Shown: positions 23,254 through 34,136, counted from the stretch's first letter. The stretch: 64,000 bases of DNA from an uncultured Methanoregulaceae archaeon (GCA_963705255.1 OY970061.1:2080001-2144000); one strand, 5' to 3'. Notes: a model not told the origin generated them from the letters alone. A program made the numbers and translations.

Positions 23254-23616
23254 ATGGATTGGAGTTCAGAACAAAGGAAAATAGCGGATACCTACAAGGG
23301 CCTCGATGAAATTCCGGAAAAGGAGCGGAAATACAAATGCCATACCTGTCACCTCATCGTAGCCGAGAAGCCCTGCCCCAACTGCGGTGAGACGCACCTT
23401 GAAGTGATGTGCCCGCTCGACCACTGCCACTGCACCCACGAAGTCATCTCGGGGATCGAGTACTGCCCCCTCTGCGGCCAGCCGGTCTGCCCCGAGTGCG
23501 GCTCGCACGACGTCACGCAGATCAGCCGTGTCACCGGTTACCTGCAGGACGTCTCCGGCTGGAATGCCGGGAAGCAGCAGGAACTCAAGGACCGGACCCG
23601 CTATTCGGTCGCATGA
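23254..23616 (+). CDS. nrdD: Small NrdD C-terminal (glycyl-radical) domain protein with multiple zinc ribbons
   Basis: CPECGS...SRVTGYL...[12 protein letters not shown]; 120 aa with no catalytic barrel. Confidence 0.8.
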   Translation: MDWSSEQRKIADTYKGLDEIPEKERKYKCHTCHLIVAEKPCPNCGETHLEVMCPLDHCHCTHEVISGIEYCPLCGQPVCPECGSHDVTQISRVTGYLQDVSGWNAGKQQELKDRTRYSVA

Positions 23617-24507
23617 GATATTATACCGATACCAGTACCTCTTTTCATCCGCGGTGATTTCCGCGCGGCAAGCACCGGCACCGCGGGCGGGATCCGCTCG
23701 GTCTCAACGCTGTTCAACCACACGATACCCCTCGAAAATGACCACCAGGATACGGAAAAGGAGCTTGAACTCGTTGTTGCTGCTGCGGGTATTAACTGTG
23801 ACGCGTTCGGCCTGCTGACACCGGTGCCTGTCAGCCAGACCGTCGTGCTCCAGTATGATTTTGTGACCGTGCTCATCACGGCCGGCATCCGCCGCGAACC
23901 CCCGGCTTCCACCGGCTCCGTCAGCATCATCGTCTGCAGCCGCGAGGGAATGGCCGATTCAGCGCTCCTCGAAACGATCATGGTCGCAACCGAGGCAAAA
24001 GCCGAGGCCCTTCAGGCCATGGGCCTCCCGCTCACCGGCACACCTGCGGACGCGGTGATCACTGCGTCTGAGGGCGCCGTTGCGCACAGAAGTGCCGGGC
24101 GGCTCACCGGGGTTGGAAAGAGAGTCCGGGAAGGGGTGCTTCACGGGATACCGGAAGCACTCAGGCGCCACGACGCCCCGGTGGAATCAGGCAGGGCTCC
24201 TGCATTTTTTATCTTCAGCCGGTTCAAAGGCGAGCACTGGATCGAATGGACTCCCGATAACTGCCCGTATTATCCCTGCCATTTTGCCGGCCAGGCCTGC
24301 GATTTCTGCTACTGCCCGTTCTATCCCTGCAGCGACGAGGCTCTCGGGCAGTGGGTGGACAGCATGAACGGCGGGAAGATCTGGAACTGCGCCCGTTGCA
24401 GGCTCCTGCACGAGCCGGAGATCGCGGACTATTACAAACGGTTTCCCGGTGCCTCGCGTGATGAACTGATGCGGCTGTATGAAAAGGGCAAAAAAGAAAA
24501 AAAGTGA
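23613..24507 (+). CDS. cbiZ: Adenosylcobinamide amidohydrolase fused to a Cys-rich small domain, with +1 indel at ~23639
   Basis: ITAG, TEAK, TGTPADA; C-terminal [21 protein letters not shown]. Confidence 0.8.
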
Positions 24508-24665
24508 CGACGATTTTTCCGAGGTCCGGCAGGGGCCTGGTGAAAAGAGTAATCGCTATTCACTCTTTGATTCTGTACGACATCAGGAGCACAGATACAA
24601 GAAAAAGGTCAATGTATTCTTATATTTCGTGCGGTTTTACTGCACGATAAAAAAGAGTGAGCTCT

Positions 24666-24860
24666 TCACTCTTTGACATCGAGTGCCTTGAGGAGCTCGG
24701 GAAGCGGGATGCCGTGTGCCTCTGCTGCTTCCCGTATCGTCTCGCCCCGGGCAATAGCACAGCCGACACAGCCCATGCCGAACTTGAAAAGGGCCTCGGT
24801 TGCATCGGGTTTTGCCTTGAGAAGATCGTAAATGGTACTGTCTGCGGTAATTTCTGCCAT
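24666..24860 (-). CDS. DUF1858 / hybrid-cluster-associated redox disulfide domain protein
   Basis: GMGCVGC..A..ETI.EAA..HG signature. Confidence 0.85.
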   Translation of the reverse strand: MAEITADSTIYDLLKAKPDATEALFKFGMGCVGCAIARGETIREAAEAHGIPLPELLKALDVKE

Positions 24861-24989
24861 ACCGTTCTTAGTCTGCTTAGGGTGAGATAAACTTCACCAT
24901 AGCGGCGATGCAAAATTCATTCCGACACTTTCACTACACATACTAACCCTATATAGTCAGGATAACACCGCACAAATAACTGGAGATGT

Positions 24990-26240
24990 ATGAGTATGGA
25001 TTTTTCCGAAGCAGCAGAAAGAATCTCCCGAAAGTTCTCAAAAGACGGACAGCCCGCAGATCCGAAGAAGATCGAGGGCAAGCTCCGCAGGCTTGTACAG
25101 GAATTCGGCGTCCAGCCGTCTGAGGCAGAGCGCAGTGTAACGAACGAACTCGCCAAGGAGTACAATGTACCTCTTCCCGGATCCGGTTCTGGTGGCAGGA
25201 GCGGGGGCGGGACCGAGGAGAAGACCATCGCCAGGGCAGCGCCCGGCGAGTGGGTGACTTTTGAGGGCAAGATAGTCGCCCTCTCCGCGCCAGCTTCCCC
25301 GGCCATTGCCCAGAGCGGGATCATTGCCGATGAGTCCGGCGCGATCCGTTTCGTTGCATGGGCCAAGGCAAATGCCCCGGCTATGACCGAAGGGTCATGG
25401 TACCGGATCGAGTCTGCGGTGGTGGACGAATACAAGGGTGTCCCAAACCTGAAGATCCATTCCGGCACCACAATCAAGGAGATCGGCGAGGACCGGGCAC
25501 TCATCCCCACCCCGGTCCCGATCAAGGATCTTCATCCGGGAATCGGCGGGGTCCGTGCTAAGGTGATCCAGGAGTGGGACGCGAGCCATGAGCGTATGCT
25601 CCAGTCCGGGCTGCTGGGCGATGAGAGCGGCACGATCAAGTTCGTGATGTGGAAAGAGCCGGGCAAGGAGAAACTCGCCGTCGGCTCCGTGTACAATATC
25701 TTCTATGCACAGGTGGACGAGTTCAACGGCAGGCTCTCCCTGAACCTGAACACGGCCACCATCATGCAGGAGGATGCGGACATCCCGGTCAGTGGCGGAG
25801 AGTCGGCTGTGCGGGGCTCCATTGTCCATATCGCGCCCGGCTCCGGTATTATCAAGCGCTGCCCGGTGGAGGGCTGCAACCGGGCCCTCTCGCGCCAGAA
25901 CTACTGCCCGGTCCACGAGATCCAGCCGAATTTCGTGTACAACCTCCGGATCAAAGGTTGGCTCGACGATGGTGAGAAGACGCACAACATCCTGCTCCAG
26001 CGGGACGTGGTGGAGTCCCTCACCGGCATCGGCCTCGATGCGGCAAAGGAGATCGCGGAGAACAACCCGCTCGGGATGGACGAGGTCTTCCTGCGGATGC
26101 GGGATGAGGTGCTCGGGCGTTACGTCATCTGTCACGGGCGGGAGATCGATAACCGCATTCTCGTCAACAAATGCGAACGCGTGAAATTCGAGAGCGGTGA
26201 ACATGCGGCGCTGCTGAACCGGGCCGGGGGTGCATCATGA
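24990..26240 (+). CDS. Replication protein A (OB folds plus zinc finger)
   Basis: Repeated G.I.DESG.I.F OB motifs; CPVEGC..CPVH zinc finger. Confidence 0.85.
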   Translation: MSMDFSEAAERISRKFSKDGQPADPKKIEGKLRRLVQEFGVQPSEAERSVTNELAKEYNVPLPGSGSGGRSGGGTEEKTIARAAPGEWVTFEGKIVALSAPASPAIAQSGIIADESGAIRFVAWAKANAPAMTEGSWYRIESAVVDEYKGVPNLKIHSGTTIKEIGEDRALIPTPVPIKDLHPGIGGVRAKVIQEWDASHERMLQSGLLGDESGTIKFVMWKEPGKEKLAVGSVYNIFYAQVDEFNGRLSLNLNTATIMQEDADIPVSGGESAVRGSIVHIAPGSGIIKRCPVEGCNRALSRQNYCPVHEIQPNFVYNLRIKGWLDDGEKTHNILLQRDVVESLTGIGLDAAKEIAENNPLGMDEVFLRMRDEVLGRYVICHGREIDNRILVNKCERVKFESGEHAALLNRAGGAS

Positions 26241-26836
26241 GCGCGAACCCCCGCGATGCGGGACGGAAGGAGGGGGCGTTCGAACGCGAACCGGCACGGC
26301 GTGTCTTTCCCGGCGAGCTGCGGGAATGCCGTTACCAGTTCAAGGACGGCGAGGACGAGAAGAGCCCGACATTCGTGCTCCTGCCGACGGGAGAACGCTC
26401 CAACCGCATATTCCTTGTCGGGACGCTGACCGAGAAGCAGCGGCAGGGCGAACAGAACATTTTTTACCGGGGGCGCGTGGTCGATCCCACCGGGACCTTC
26501 TTCATCATGGCAGGGAGTTACCAGCCGGAAGCGATGCAGCAGCTGGCAAAAGTGGAGGCCCCGGCCTTTGTGGCGGTTATCGGGAAGCCCAACCTGTACC
26601 AGAAGCCGGATGGTTCCGTCCTCGTCTCAGTCAGGGTCGAGTCCATCACGGTCGTCGACAAGGACACGCGGGACCTCTGGGTGCTCGACGCTGCCGGACG
26701 CACCCTTGACAGGGTTGATGCCTCCAAGGCAGGCACTATGCCGGATGTTATCAAGGCAAAGGAGCAGTATCCCACCATCGATCCGGCAGTCTTCCGGAAG
26801 ATGGCCTACGATGCGCTCGCGCAGATCAAGATATAA
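26237..26836 (+). CDS. RPA-associated OB-fold protein
   Basis: REPARRVF, PTGE..NR, DPTGTF...AG.YQPEA; coupled to RPA. Confidence 0.85.
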   Translation: MSANPRDAGRKEGAFEREPARRVFPGELRECRYQFKDGEDEKSPTFVLLPTGERSNRIFLVGTLTEKQRQGEQNIFYRGRVVDPTGTFFIMAGSYQPEAMQQLAKVEAPAFVAVIGKPNLYQKPDGSVLVSVRVESITVVDKDTRDLWVLDAAGRTLDRVDASKAGTMPDVIKAKEQYPTIDPAVFRKMAYDALAQIKI

Positions 26837-27729
26837 TTTTTGGCTCTGGGGAGATCATCGGCTTTCATCATTGATGGTCTTGGGGCTACAGCATCTGATG
26901 CATCTGTCCCCGCGACAATGGTATCCTCTCTATAGAGATCATCTCTTGGAATGTTAGTGAAAATACCCCCTAAAAGGGAGTCACTCTCATAACTATTGAA
27001 GAATATAACTGAATCGCACGATAAAACAGAATTTCCTTTGAAAATCGTAGTGTTCAGATATCACAGGAGATGAGCCCTCTTTTTATTATTGCGATGAACC
27101 CCGCCGCCCCCGACGGGGCGCCCCCGCGGCGGATCAATTACCTGAATGATAACAACGCAGGTAATCTGCCCAGCGAGGCCCCGACGAGGCGGCCGAGCGA
27201 CCCCATACAGGGTTGGGTTTCCTCATAATTTTCGATCAATCGGACAAAACTATTTTTTCTATCTATCTTTACTTCGCTTCGATCGCTTCAATACTCCCAG
27301 CCCCGTGCCAAATATGAGCCATAGCCAAAATCCTGTACTCACGAGGATTTCCAAGCAGCGCAAAAAACTCCAGCAGCGGCCGACCCGCTAAGATACTATG
27401 CAAATCATAACCGGGATGTAGTCATCCGAAAATAAATTCCGGAAAATCGTTTCGCGATTGAAAAATTTTCAGGAATTTTGCGATCGCGATCTTTTGGAAA
27501 AAATCCGGATCAGGGCCGGCAGTCCACGCCGGAGAAAAATTTCTGCTGTTAGTTGTACAACCAATTGTAGGATAATTATCCAATTGTAGCCTCATGAACT
27601 AACACCTCATGATCGCGATCGAAAAATTTTTACCGGACTTTGTTCATCAGAATTTGGTCCGGGCCTGACCGGATTTGCCGGAAATTTTGCAGAAAAAAAT
27701 TGTGGGAGGTAAGAGTAAAAGGGTCAGCC

Positions 27730-28415
27730 TCAACAGGTGTTCTTCCTGCCTTTCTCAACTTCCCACCGCTCCAGCACTTCCGGTCCCTCGATAAACACGA
27801 GCCCGTGCTTACGGCCATAGAGTTTCGCATCCGCTTTGGAGAGGGCATAGCCGGACTCGTCGTCCAGCATCTCGCAGATCGTGACTGACGGCGTGATGCC
27901 CGCCATGTCTGCCATTGCGATTGAGAGCTCGGTCTGGCCGCGCCGCACATCGAGGAGCCCGTCCGCTGCCCGCAGGAGCGCCATGTGGCCCGGGTCCGGA
28001 AGGTCTCGTGGAAGTTCACCCCGCCACCGTTGAGGGCACGTTTGACCTGCTCGGCGATAGCGTTCACGGTCAGCGCCCGGTCCCGGTCGGTGATGCCGGT
28101 AAAGGTGTTCCGGTGGTTCACCCAGAGCGAGAACGACGAGTGGTTCTTCCGGTCATAGGGGATGTCGCCCTCACGTTCTGCAACGGCAATTGCCCTGAGG
28201 GCGTCGCTCGCAAACGGCAGGCCGAGTCGCTGGGCAGCGACCGGGTGGACAGCCGTACAGATCAGGCCGCCGCCGTCCTTTCGCATCCGGACGATATCCT
28301 TCGGGGTTACCGCATCCGACCGGATTGCAAAGTCCGTCTCTCCCTCGCGGTCGTCGAAATCATAGAGAAGGATGAACTTGCCTTCGCGGAGCGCTGCGAG
28401 CGCATCATCTATCAC
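27730..28415 (-). CDS. ribB: 3,4-dihydroxy-2-butanone-4-phosphate synthase, with an indel at ~27992
   Basis: DREGETD, TFTGITDRDRA, then RRGQTE and ICEMLDD in the next frame; GTG start overlaps the ribK stop. Confidence 0.9.
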
Positions 28416-29077
28416 TGCCCCACCTCGACGCTCACGCTGTCCGTGTCCTCGACCCCGAGCCTGCGGCGCAATGCGATGGGCGCGATCACTTCGATGATGT
28501 CCTCGGGATAATGGGTCCTGCCGGGCACGACTATCCCGCAGGAGATGTCTCCGATCCGGCACGGGAGGCACCGGGCGTCGCCGAAGGTACGGCCGTCGGT
28601 CGAGAACCCCTTGATCCTCACCCAGTTGAGGGCATCGATCTTCTTGCGCACCGGGACACTCGCCGGAGAGAGACGGATATTCAGGGTGCCCGGGTACGGG
28701 ACGAACCCGAGGTGAGTGTTGAACTGCTCTTTGTATGCCGGGAGGCTCATGTAATATTTCCCTTCACCGATGCCGCTGACGACCGTTCCGCTCAGCGTAT
28801 ATCCTTTCGTGTGATCCGAGAAGATCCGGCAGTAGTCCTGGAATTCCTTCCGGAGCTCCTCCTCCCCATGACGGGTCAGGGTGACATGCTGGCCGTCTGC
28901 GGCCATCGTCCGCGTAATAAAACCCTGTGTTTCAAGGCCTTTCAGCCTGCGCGATGCGGTCTGCTGGCTGATCGCGAGCATCTCGCCGATACTCTGGGTA
29001 GAGACAAAGACCGGCCCCCTGCACCCGCCCCCCAGGGCAATCGCCTTGAGACACTGGAGATCCTCCGCTGGTATCAT
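28412..29077 (-). CDS. ribK: CTP-dependent riboflavin kinase with N-terminal HTH
   Basis: SQQTASRRL HTH; VSGIGEG.YY, PYPGTLN, RTHY. Confidence 0.92.
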   Translation of the reverse strand: MIPAEDLQCLKAIALGGGCRGPVFVSTQSIGEMLAISQQTASRRLKGLETQGFITRTMAADGQHVTLTRHGEEELRKEFQDYCRIFSDHTKGYTLSGTVVSGIGEGKYYMSLPAYKEQFNTHLGFVPYPGTLNIRLSPASVPVRKKIDALNWVRIKGFSTDGRTFGDARCLPCRIGDISCGIVVPGRTHYPEDIIEVIAPIALRRRLGVEDTDSVSVEVGQ

Positions 29078-29201
29078 GCTTATCAAAATTGAGATGCTTA
29101 TTATTTATGGGTTGCCCTCCGGTCAAACCTCCGTCGTGATTCGTTCACTGTCGAAATCCTGTTCGTTAATTATTTAACATCACGGGTGCATCCTATTGAG
29201 C

Positions 29202-29912
29202 ATGAAATCCGGATTGCGGAACCAGCTTGCCGAGAAGATGGCAGGTGAGATCACGCTGTCGGACTCACCGGGACATGCGCTGAAGAAATGGCGCATGAAC
29301 TTTGAGATCGCCCCCGGCGTCCTGTCGGACCGCCTTGGTGTCTCGCCTTCTGTCATCAGCGATTATGAAAGCGGCAGAAGAAAAAGTCCCGGCACTGCCG
29401 TAGTCGGCAAGATTGTCGACACGCTCCTTGCCATTGACGAGGAGACCGGCGGTAAACACATCCAGAAATTTTCAACCATGCTCTTTTCGAATGTTGACGA
29501 TGACGTGATCTACGACCTCCACGAGTACGCGGAACCGGTCCCACTGAAAGATTTTACTGGCGCGATCGGATGCACGCTGCTCTGCGGGTCCATGGACCAG
29601 GTTATCTTCGGCTATACGGTGGTAAACAGCCTGAACGCGATCATGCAGCTCTCTTCGGACGAGTTCAACCGCATTTATGGCTGGAGCACGGAGCGGGCGC
29701 TGGTCTTCACCAACGTCTCGACCGGAAAATCACCGATGGTCGCGATCCGCGTCACCCCTTTCAAGCCGCGCTGCGTGGTGCTGCAGGGAATTGACGCTGC
29801 CGACGTCCACCCCATCGTGGAGAAGATGGCAGAGAAGGATCGCATCACCGTCATGTGTACGGGCATGGATATCGACAAGATCGTAAGTACCCTGAGGGAA
29901 AAAGAATGGTAG
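29202..29912 (+). CDS. XRE-type HTH regulator preceding the HMG-CoA synthase operon
   Basis: [20 protein letters not shown]; [21 protein letters not shown]. Confidence 0.85.
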   Translation: MKSGLRNQLAEKMAGEITLSDSPGHALKKWRMNFEIAPGVLSDRLGVSPSVISDYESGRRKSPGTAVVGKIVDTLLAIDEETGGKHIQKFSTMLFSNVDDDVIYDLHEYAEPVPLKDFTGAIGCTLLCGSMDQVIFGYTVVNSLNAIMQLSSDEFNRIYGWSTERALVFTNVSTGKSPMVAIRVTPFKPRCVVLQGIDAADVHPIVEKMAEKDRITVMCTGMDIDKIVSTLREKEW

Positions 29913-30958
29913 GCATCATTACCTACGGTGTATATATACCGAGATACCGCATCAAGGTCGAAGAGATCGCACGGGTCTGGGGCGCGAATGCCTCGGACAT
30001 CTCCGGGGGTCTGGGGGTTTTTGAAAAATCCGTCCCGGATCTCGATGAGGACGCTGCGACCATCGCCGTCGAGGCGGCACGCAATGCACTGCTCCGCAGA
30101 AGGGTCAGCCCGGACGAGATTGGTGCCGTGTACGTGGGGAGCGAATCGCATCCCTATGCGGTGAAACCGACCGCCTGCACGGTGGGTGAAGCCATCGGCG
30201 CAACACCCAACATGACCGCTGCGGATTACGAGTTTGCCTGCAAGGCGGGTACTGCGGCCATCCAGACCTGCATGGGCCTGGTGAAGAGCAGGATGATCAC
30301 CTACGGGCTCGCGATCGGCTCCGATGTCTCGCAGGGTGCACCGAGTGATGCCCTTGAGTACACGGCGGCAGCGGGCGGGGCGGCTTTCGTGATCGGGCGT
30401 GACGACCCGATCGCGACCATCCACCACACCTGTTCGTTCACGAGCAACACGCCGGACTTCTGGCGCCGCGAGGGGCAGGACTATCCACGCCACGGCGGCC
30501 GGTTCACCGGTGATCCAGGGTACTTCAAGCACGTGGAGGGGGCGAGCAGGCTGCTTTTCCAGCAGACGGGAAAGACTCCGAAGGACTATACCTACGCGGT
30601 CTTCCACCAGCCCAACGCGAAGTTCCCGCAAAAGGTAGCCAAGACCCTCGGGTTCAAACCCGAACAGATCAAGCCGGGGCTCGTCGTCCCTTACCTGGGC
30701 AACACCTACTCCGGGGCCTCACCCATCGGCCTTGCGGCCACGCTGGACATTGCAAAACCGGGCGACACCATCTTTGTCTGTTCGTTCGGGTCGGGTGCCG
30801 GGAGCGATGCGTTCGATATCGAAGTGACGGATGCAATCCATTCGGACACGTTCCGGCGTGACGCCGCACCGGGTGTCGTGCAGTTGCTGAAAAACCCCAT
30901 CTACCTTGACTATGCACGGTACGCGAAACACAAGGGAAAGATCGTGATGCAATCATGA
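29906..30958 (+). CDS. Archaeal hydroxymethylglutaryl-CoA synthase
   Basis: [29 protein letters not shown]. Confidence 0.93.
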   Translation: MVGIITYGVYIPRYRIKVEEIARVWGANASDISGGLGVFEKSVPDLDEDAATIAVEAARNALLRRRVSPDEIGAVYVGSESHPYAVKPTACTVGEAIGATPNMTAADYEFACKAGTAAIQTCMGLVKSRMITYGLAIGSDVSQGAPSDALEYTAAAGGAAFVIGRDDPIATIHHTCSFTSNTPDFWRREGQDYPRHGGRFTGDPGYFKHVEGASRLLFQQTGKTPKDYTYAVFHQPNAKFPQKVAKTLGFKPEQIKPGLVVPYLGNTYSGASPIGLAATLDIAKPGDTIFVCSFGSGAGSDAFDIEVTDAIHSDTFRRDAAPGVVQLLKNPIYLDYARYAKHKGKIVMQS

Positions 30959-32121
30959 GAGACGTAGCAGTTATCGGGGCCGGCTGCACCACGTTCGGTG
31001 AGAAATGGGAGAGCTCGTTCCGCGACCTCTTTGTCGAGGCCGGGGCCCTTGCGCTCGAGGATGCCCAGCTCTCAGGCGAGAAGATAGACGCAATGTATGT
31101 CGGTAATATGAGTGCGGGCCGCTTCATCGAGCAGGAGCATATCGGTGCCCTTATCGCGGACTATGCCGGCCTGACTACCAACCATATCGCCTCGACCCGT
31201 GTCGAAGCTGCCTGTGCTTCCGGCGGGCTCGCCTTCCGGCAGGCGGTCATCGCGGTCGCAAGCGGCATGGAAGACATCGTGGTGGCAGCGGGAGTCGAGA
31301 AGATGACCGATGTCGAGCCCGGTGCAAGCACCGATGCCCTCACCGGTGCAGCGGATCGCGAGTGGGAAGGGTTTGTCGGCGCGACATTTCCCGGCCTGTA
31401 CGCGATGATCGCAAACGACTACATGCACAAGTACTCCATGACCCGCGAGCAGCTCGCTCAGGTTGCGGTGAAGAACCACTACAACGGCGCACGCAACCCG
31501 ATCGCCCAGTTCCAGCAGGAGATCACGCTCGAGACCGTGCTGAAGTCCACCATGGTTGCTGAACCGCTCCGGCTCTTCGACTGCTCGCCCATTACTGACG
31601 GGGCGGCAGCCGTCATCGTCGCACCGCTCGAACGGGCACGGGAGTTCACAGACACGCCGATCAAGGTGCTGGCCACGGCACAAGCAAGCGATTCCATCGC
31701 GCTCCATGACCGGCGCGATATCTCGACACTGGACGCAACCGTTGCCGCAGGGCAGAGGGCATTCAGGATGGCGAAGCTGACGCACAAGGATATCGACATG
31801 GTGGAAGTCCACGACTGCTTCTCGATCGCGGAGATCTGTGCAATCGAGGACCTCGGGTTCTGCAGGAAAGGAACGGCAGGTAAGTTCACCGCTGACGGCG
31901 AGACCGCGCTTGGCGGGAAGATCCCGGTCAACACGAGCGGGGGGCTCAAGGCGTGCGGCCACCCGGTCGGCGCGACCGGTATCAAGCAGGTGTACGAGAT
32001 CGTCCAGCAGCTCCGTGGCGATGCAGGCAGGCGCCAGATCGAAGGCGCAAAGGTCGGCATGACCCACAACGTTGGCGGCACCGGTGCAACGGTTGCCGTG
32101 CATATCCTCGGGAGGGTATAA
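30955..32121 (+). CDS. Acetoacetyl-CoA thiolase (archaeal)
   Basis: [26 protein letters not shown]. Confidence 0.93.
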   Translation: MRDVAVIGAGCTTFGEKWESSFRDLFVEAGALALEDAQLSGEKIDAMYVGNMSAGRFIEQEHIGALIADYAGLTTNHIASTRVEAACASGGLAFRQAVIAVASGMEDIVVAAGVEKMTDVEPGASTDALTGAADREWEGFVGATFPGLYAMIANDYMHKYSMTREQLAQVAVKNHYNGARNPIAQFQQEITLETVLKSTMVAEPLRLFDCSPITDGAAAVIVAPLERAREFTDTPIKVLATAQASDSIALHDRRDISTLDATVAAGQRAFRMAKLTHKDIDMVEVHDCFSIAEICAIEDLGFCRKGTAGKFTADGETALGGKIPVNTSGGLKACGHPVGATGIKQVYEIVQQLRGDAGRRQIEGAKVGMTHNVGGTGATVAVHILGRV

Positions 32122-32122
32122 C

Positions 32123-32514
32123 ATGACCGTTGCACGATTCTGGAGAAAGATCCCGCAGCGGTACAACCTTGTGGGCACGAAGTGCGAGACCTGCGGGCGG
32201 CACTTCTTCCCCCCGAGGACATTCTGCCCCGACTGCCGCAGGACCGGGAAGATCGTAGATCACAAGTTCTCCGGGAAGGGGACCGTGGTGACCTATACCA
32301 TCATCCAGACAGCCCCCGACCAGTTCGCCTCCCCCGGGCCGTACGTGCTTGCTATCATCAGGCTCGATGAAGGCCCCGGATGACGACCCAGATCATCTGC
32401 GACCCGAAAGACGCGAAAATCGGCATGAAGGTCAAAGGCGTCTTCCGCCGGATCGCCACGGATGGCGAGAGCGGCATCATCCACTACGGTACGAAGTTCG
32501 TGCCGGTGGAGTAA
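32123..32514 (+). CDS. DUF35 zinc-ribbon/OB-fold scaffold of the thiolase-HMGS complex, with an indel at ~32378
   Basis: RFWR..PQRY, CETCG..FPPR..CP.C, then VFRRI...G.IHYGTKF. Confidence 0.9.
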
Positions 32515-32628
32515 ACTTCTATTTTATTGCTGACAATACGGGATAGTTCCCGACCGGGATTCTCCGCGATTCAATCGAAACTTGTGATACCCGTTAATCT
32601 ACTGCTGGATTTTCCCATCATGGGTAGG

Positions 32629-33779
32629 TGTAGTGTAAAGTGACATCGTGTCCTTTCTTAATGATCTAAAACGCTATGGGACTATGAACAATCATCCAGG
32701 CATGTGAATTTTTATCTCCCAATTTCCCACCACCAGATCCAATTTTAGATACGGTTGAGAATGAAAAAGAAAAGTAAAGATTCTGTTATTAGAAGAAATG
32801 GCAGAAGAAGAGGGGTAAGGTCTCATTTGCATGAGTTGTTCTCGTAAAGTTCCAGTGAAAATAAAAGAAGAGTTGATCAAGGAGGCAGGAGGCAAATGCG
32901 CTAATCCAGGATGCCCCAATACTCTAACTGTATTTCATCATATTCATGAATGGCATGTCTGTCTTACTCATGATAAGAAGACAATGATTGCAATATGCCC
33001 CGCATGCCATCATCAAGTACATTGGGGATCTATTAGAATTACTGACGATACAATATATGCATGGAAAGCCATAAAACGACCTCCCGACATGCGTCCTGTC
33101 GGTCAGATTTACATTGAACCTCAACAACCAATCAAATTATTAGTGGGATCAATGGCCGTGACGGGGCAAAAAGGCGCAATAATTTTACGTTTTAGTAAAA
33201 ATCAAAAATTAAGTTTTAAAGTGATAGATAACGATCTTTGTTCGTTGAATATATCAGTATCCGATCTCGATGATCAAAAAGTAATCCGTATAACTGATAA
33301 TTATGTTAAAGAATATCAAACAAATAAAATACACTACGAGAAACGGACGGGTAAAATCACATTAAAAACCTTTAATATTCAACAATTTATCCCAGATTGG
33401 TTACTCCAAGAAATTTTAAAATTTTACCCTGAGTATGAAAAGAATTTGCCGTTTACATTATTTGATTTAGAAGTCGTTAAACCCGGAATGGTTAAAGTTC
33501 AAGGGGTATGGTCAACATCAAACCAAGCAATAGTAATTACTCAAGATCAGATAATTTTCTCCCCTCATCCAACAATAGGGCCCACCGTTGCTATTAAGGG
33601 AATGGGGGAAAACACCATTATTAATTGCGTTGGTCCGCTTACAATTCCCTTATTTAATCCTGCAAGCCTAAAGTGCGGGTAATCTTTCCTTCTTTCCTAT
33701 ATTAGAAAGTGGGTTCAATTGCCATAGATTTGCCAGTTATAAGTTCCACGGTTTGGACACGGTGTCACTTTACACTACA
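32629..33779. mobile_element. Non-autonomous insertion cassette with 25-bp terminal inverted repeats, carrying an HNH gene
   Basis: Left end TGTAGTGTAAAGTGACATCGTGTCC (32629-32653); right end 33755-33779 reverse-complements to TGTAGTGTAAAGTGACACCGTGTCC (24/25); GG on both flanks; AT-rich interior. Confidence 0.75.
32831..33682 (+). CDS. HNH endonuclease with an uncharacterised beta-rich C-terminal domain
   Basis: CANPGC...HHIHEW...MIAICPACHHQVH; AT-rich, foreign-looking codon usage. Confidence 0.8.
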   Translation: MSCSRKVPVKIKEELIKEAGGKCANPGCPNTLTVFHHIHEWHVCLTHDKKTMIAICPACHHQVHWGSIRITDDTIYAWKAIKRPPDMRPVGQIYIEPQQPIKLLVGSMAVTGQKGAIILRFSKNQKLSFKVIDNDLCSLNISVSDLDDQKVIRITDNYVKEYQTNKIHYEKRTGKITLKTFNIQQFIPDWLLQEILKFYPEYEKNLPFTLFDLEVVKPGMVKVQGVWSTSNQAIVITQDQIIFSPHPTIGPTVAIKGMGENTIINCVGPLTIPLFNPASLKCG

Positions 33780-33944
33780 GGTACCCTCCCCCTTTTGTGA
33801 TGTACTGAGATGTACCTTGGCCGACGGAGCCTATCCAATATTGGGAGAGGAAAGGGCATGTGGGGGTACCCCCTAGGGGGTTGGCAGAATTCGCCTTTCA
33901 TGGAGTGGATGAACGAGAAATTCAGGAGAGGTTTGACGCTCAAG

Positions 33945-34092
33945 GGGGCATCGCCCCCGCCGCGTGGGCTCCCCCAATAGCGATAGTTTTGATTCAAGGT
34001 AATGAGTAGCGCAAAACCCGACGAGGATCAGTCGTCGTACAGCGAGGACTGATTTGAGAAGCCATCAGGCTTCGAGGCGTTTTGCGCGTAAG
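33945..34092. repeat. GC-rich hairpin/REP-like dispersed repeat
   Basis: CGCCCCCGCCGC..GGGC.TCCCCCA.ATAG.GATAG and AGGCGTTTTGCG.GTAAGG both recur at 36455-36732; stem 34009-34017 pairs with 34079-34087. Confidence 0.55.
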
Positions 34093-34136
34093 GCATCGCA
34101 ATAAAAACAGAATTGGATTTTTCGTTATCGGGAAAA

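Noticed and set aside
26836-27730. Replication origin
   Set aside because: No ORB repeats recognised and no cdc6/orc1 adjacent
33700-33730. tRNA fragment or att site (GGGTTCAATT)
   Set aside because: No cloverleaf or acceptor stem around the T-loop-like motif
32623-33785. 5-6-bp target duplication (Tn7/IS481-type) around the HNH cassette
   Set aside because: The flanks GGTAGG and GGTACC match only 4/6; a 2-bp GG core within a palindrome explains them better
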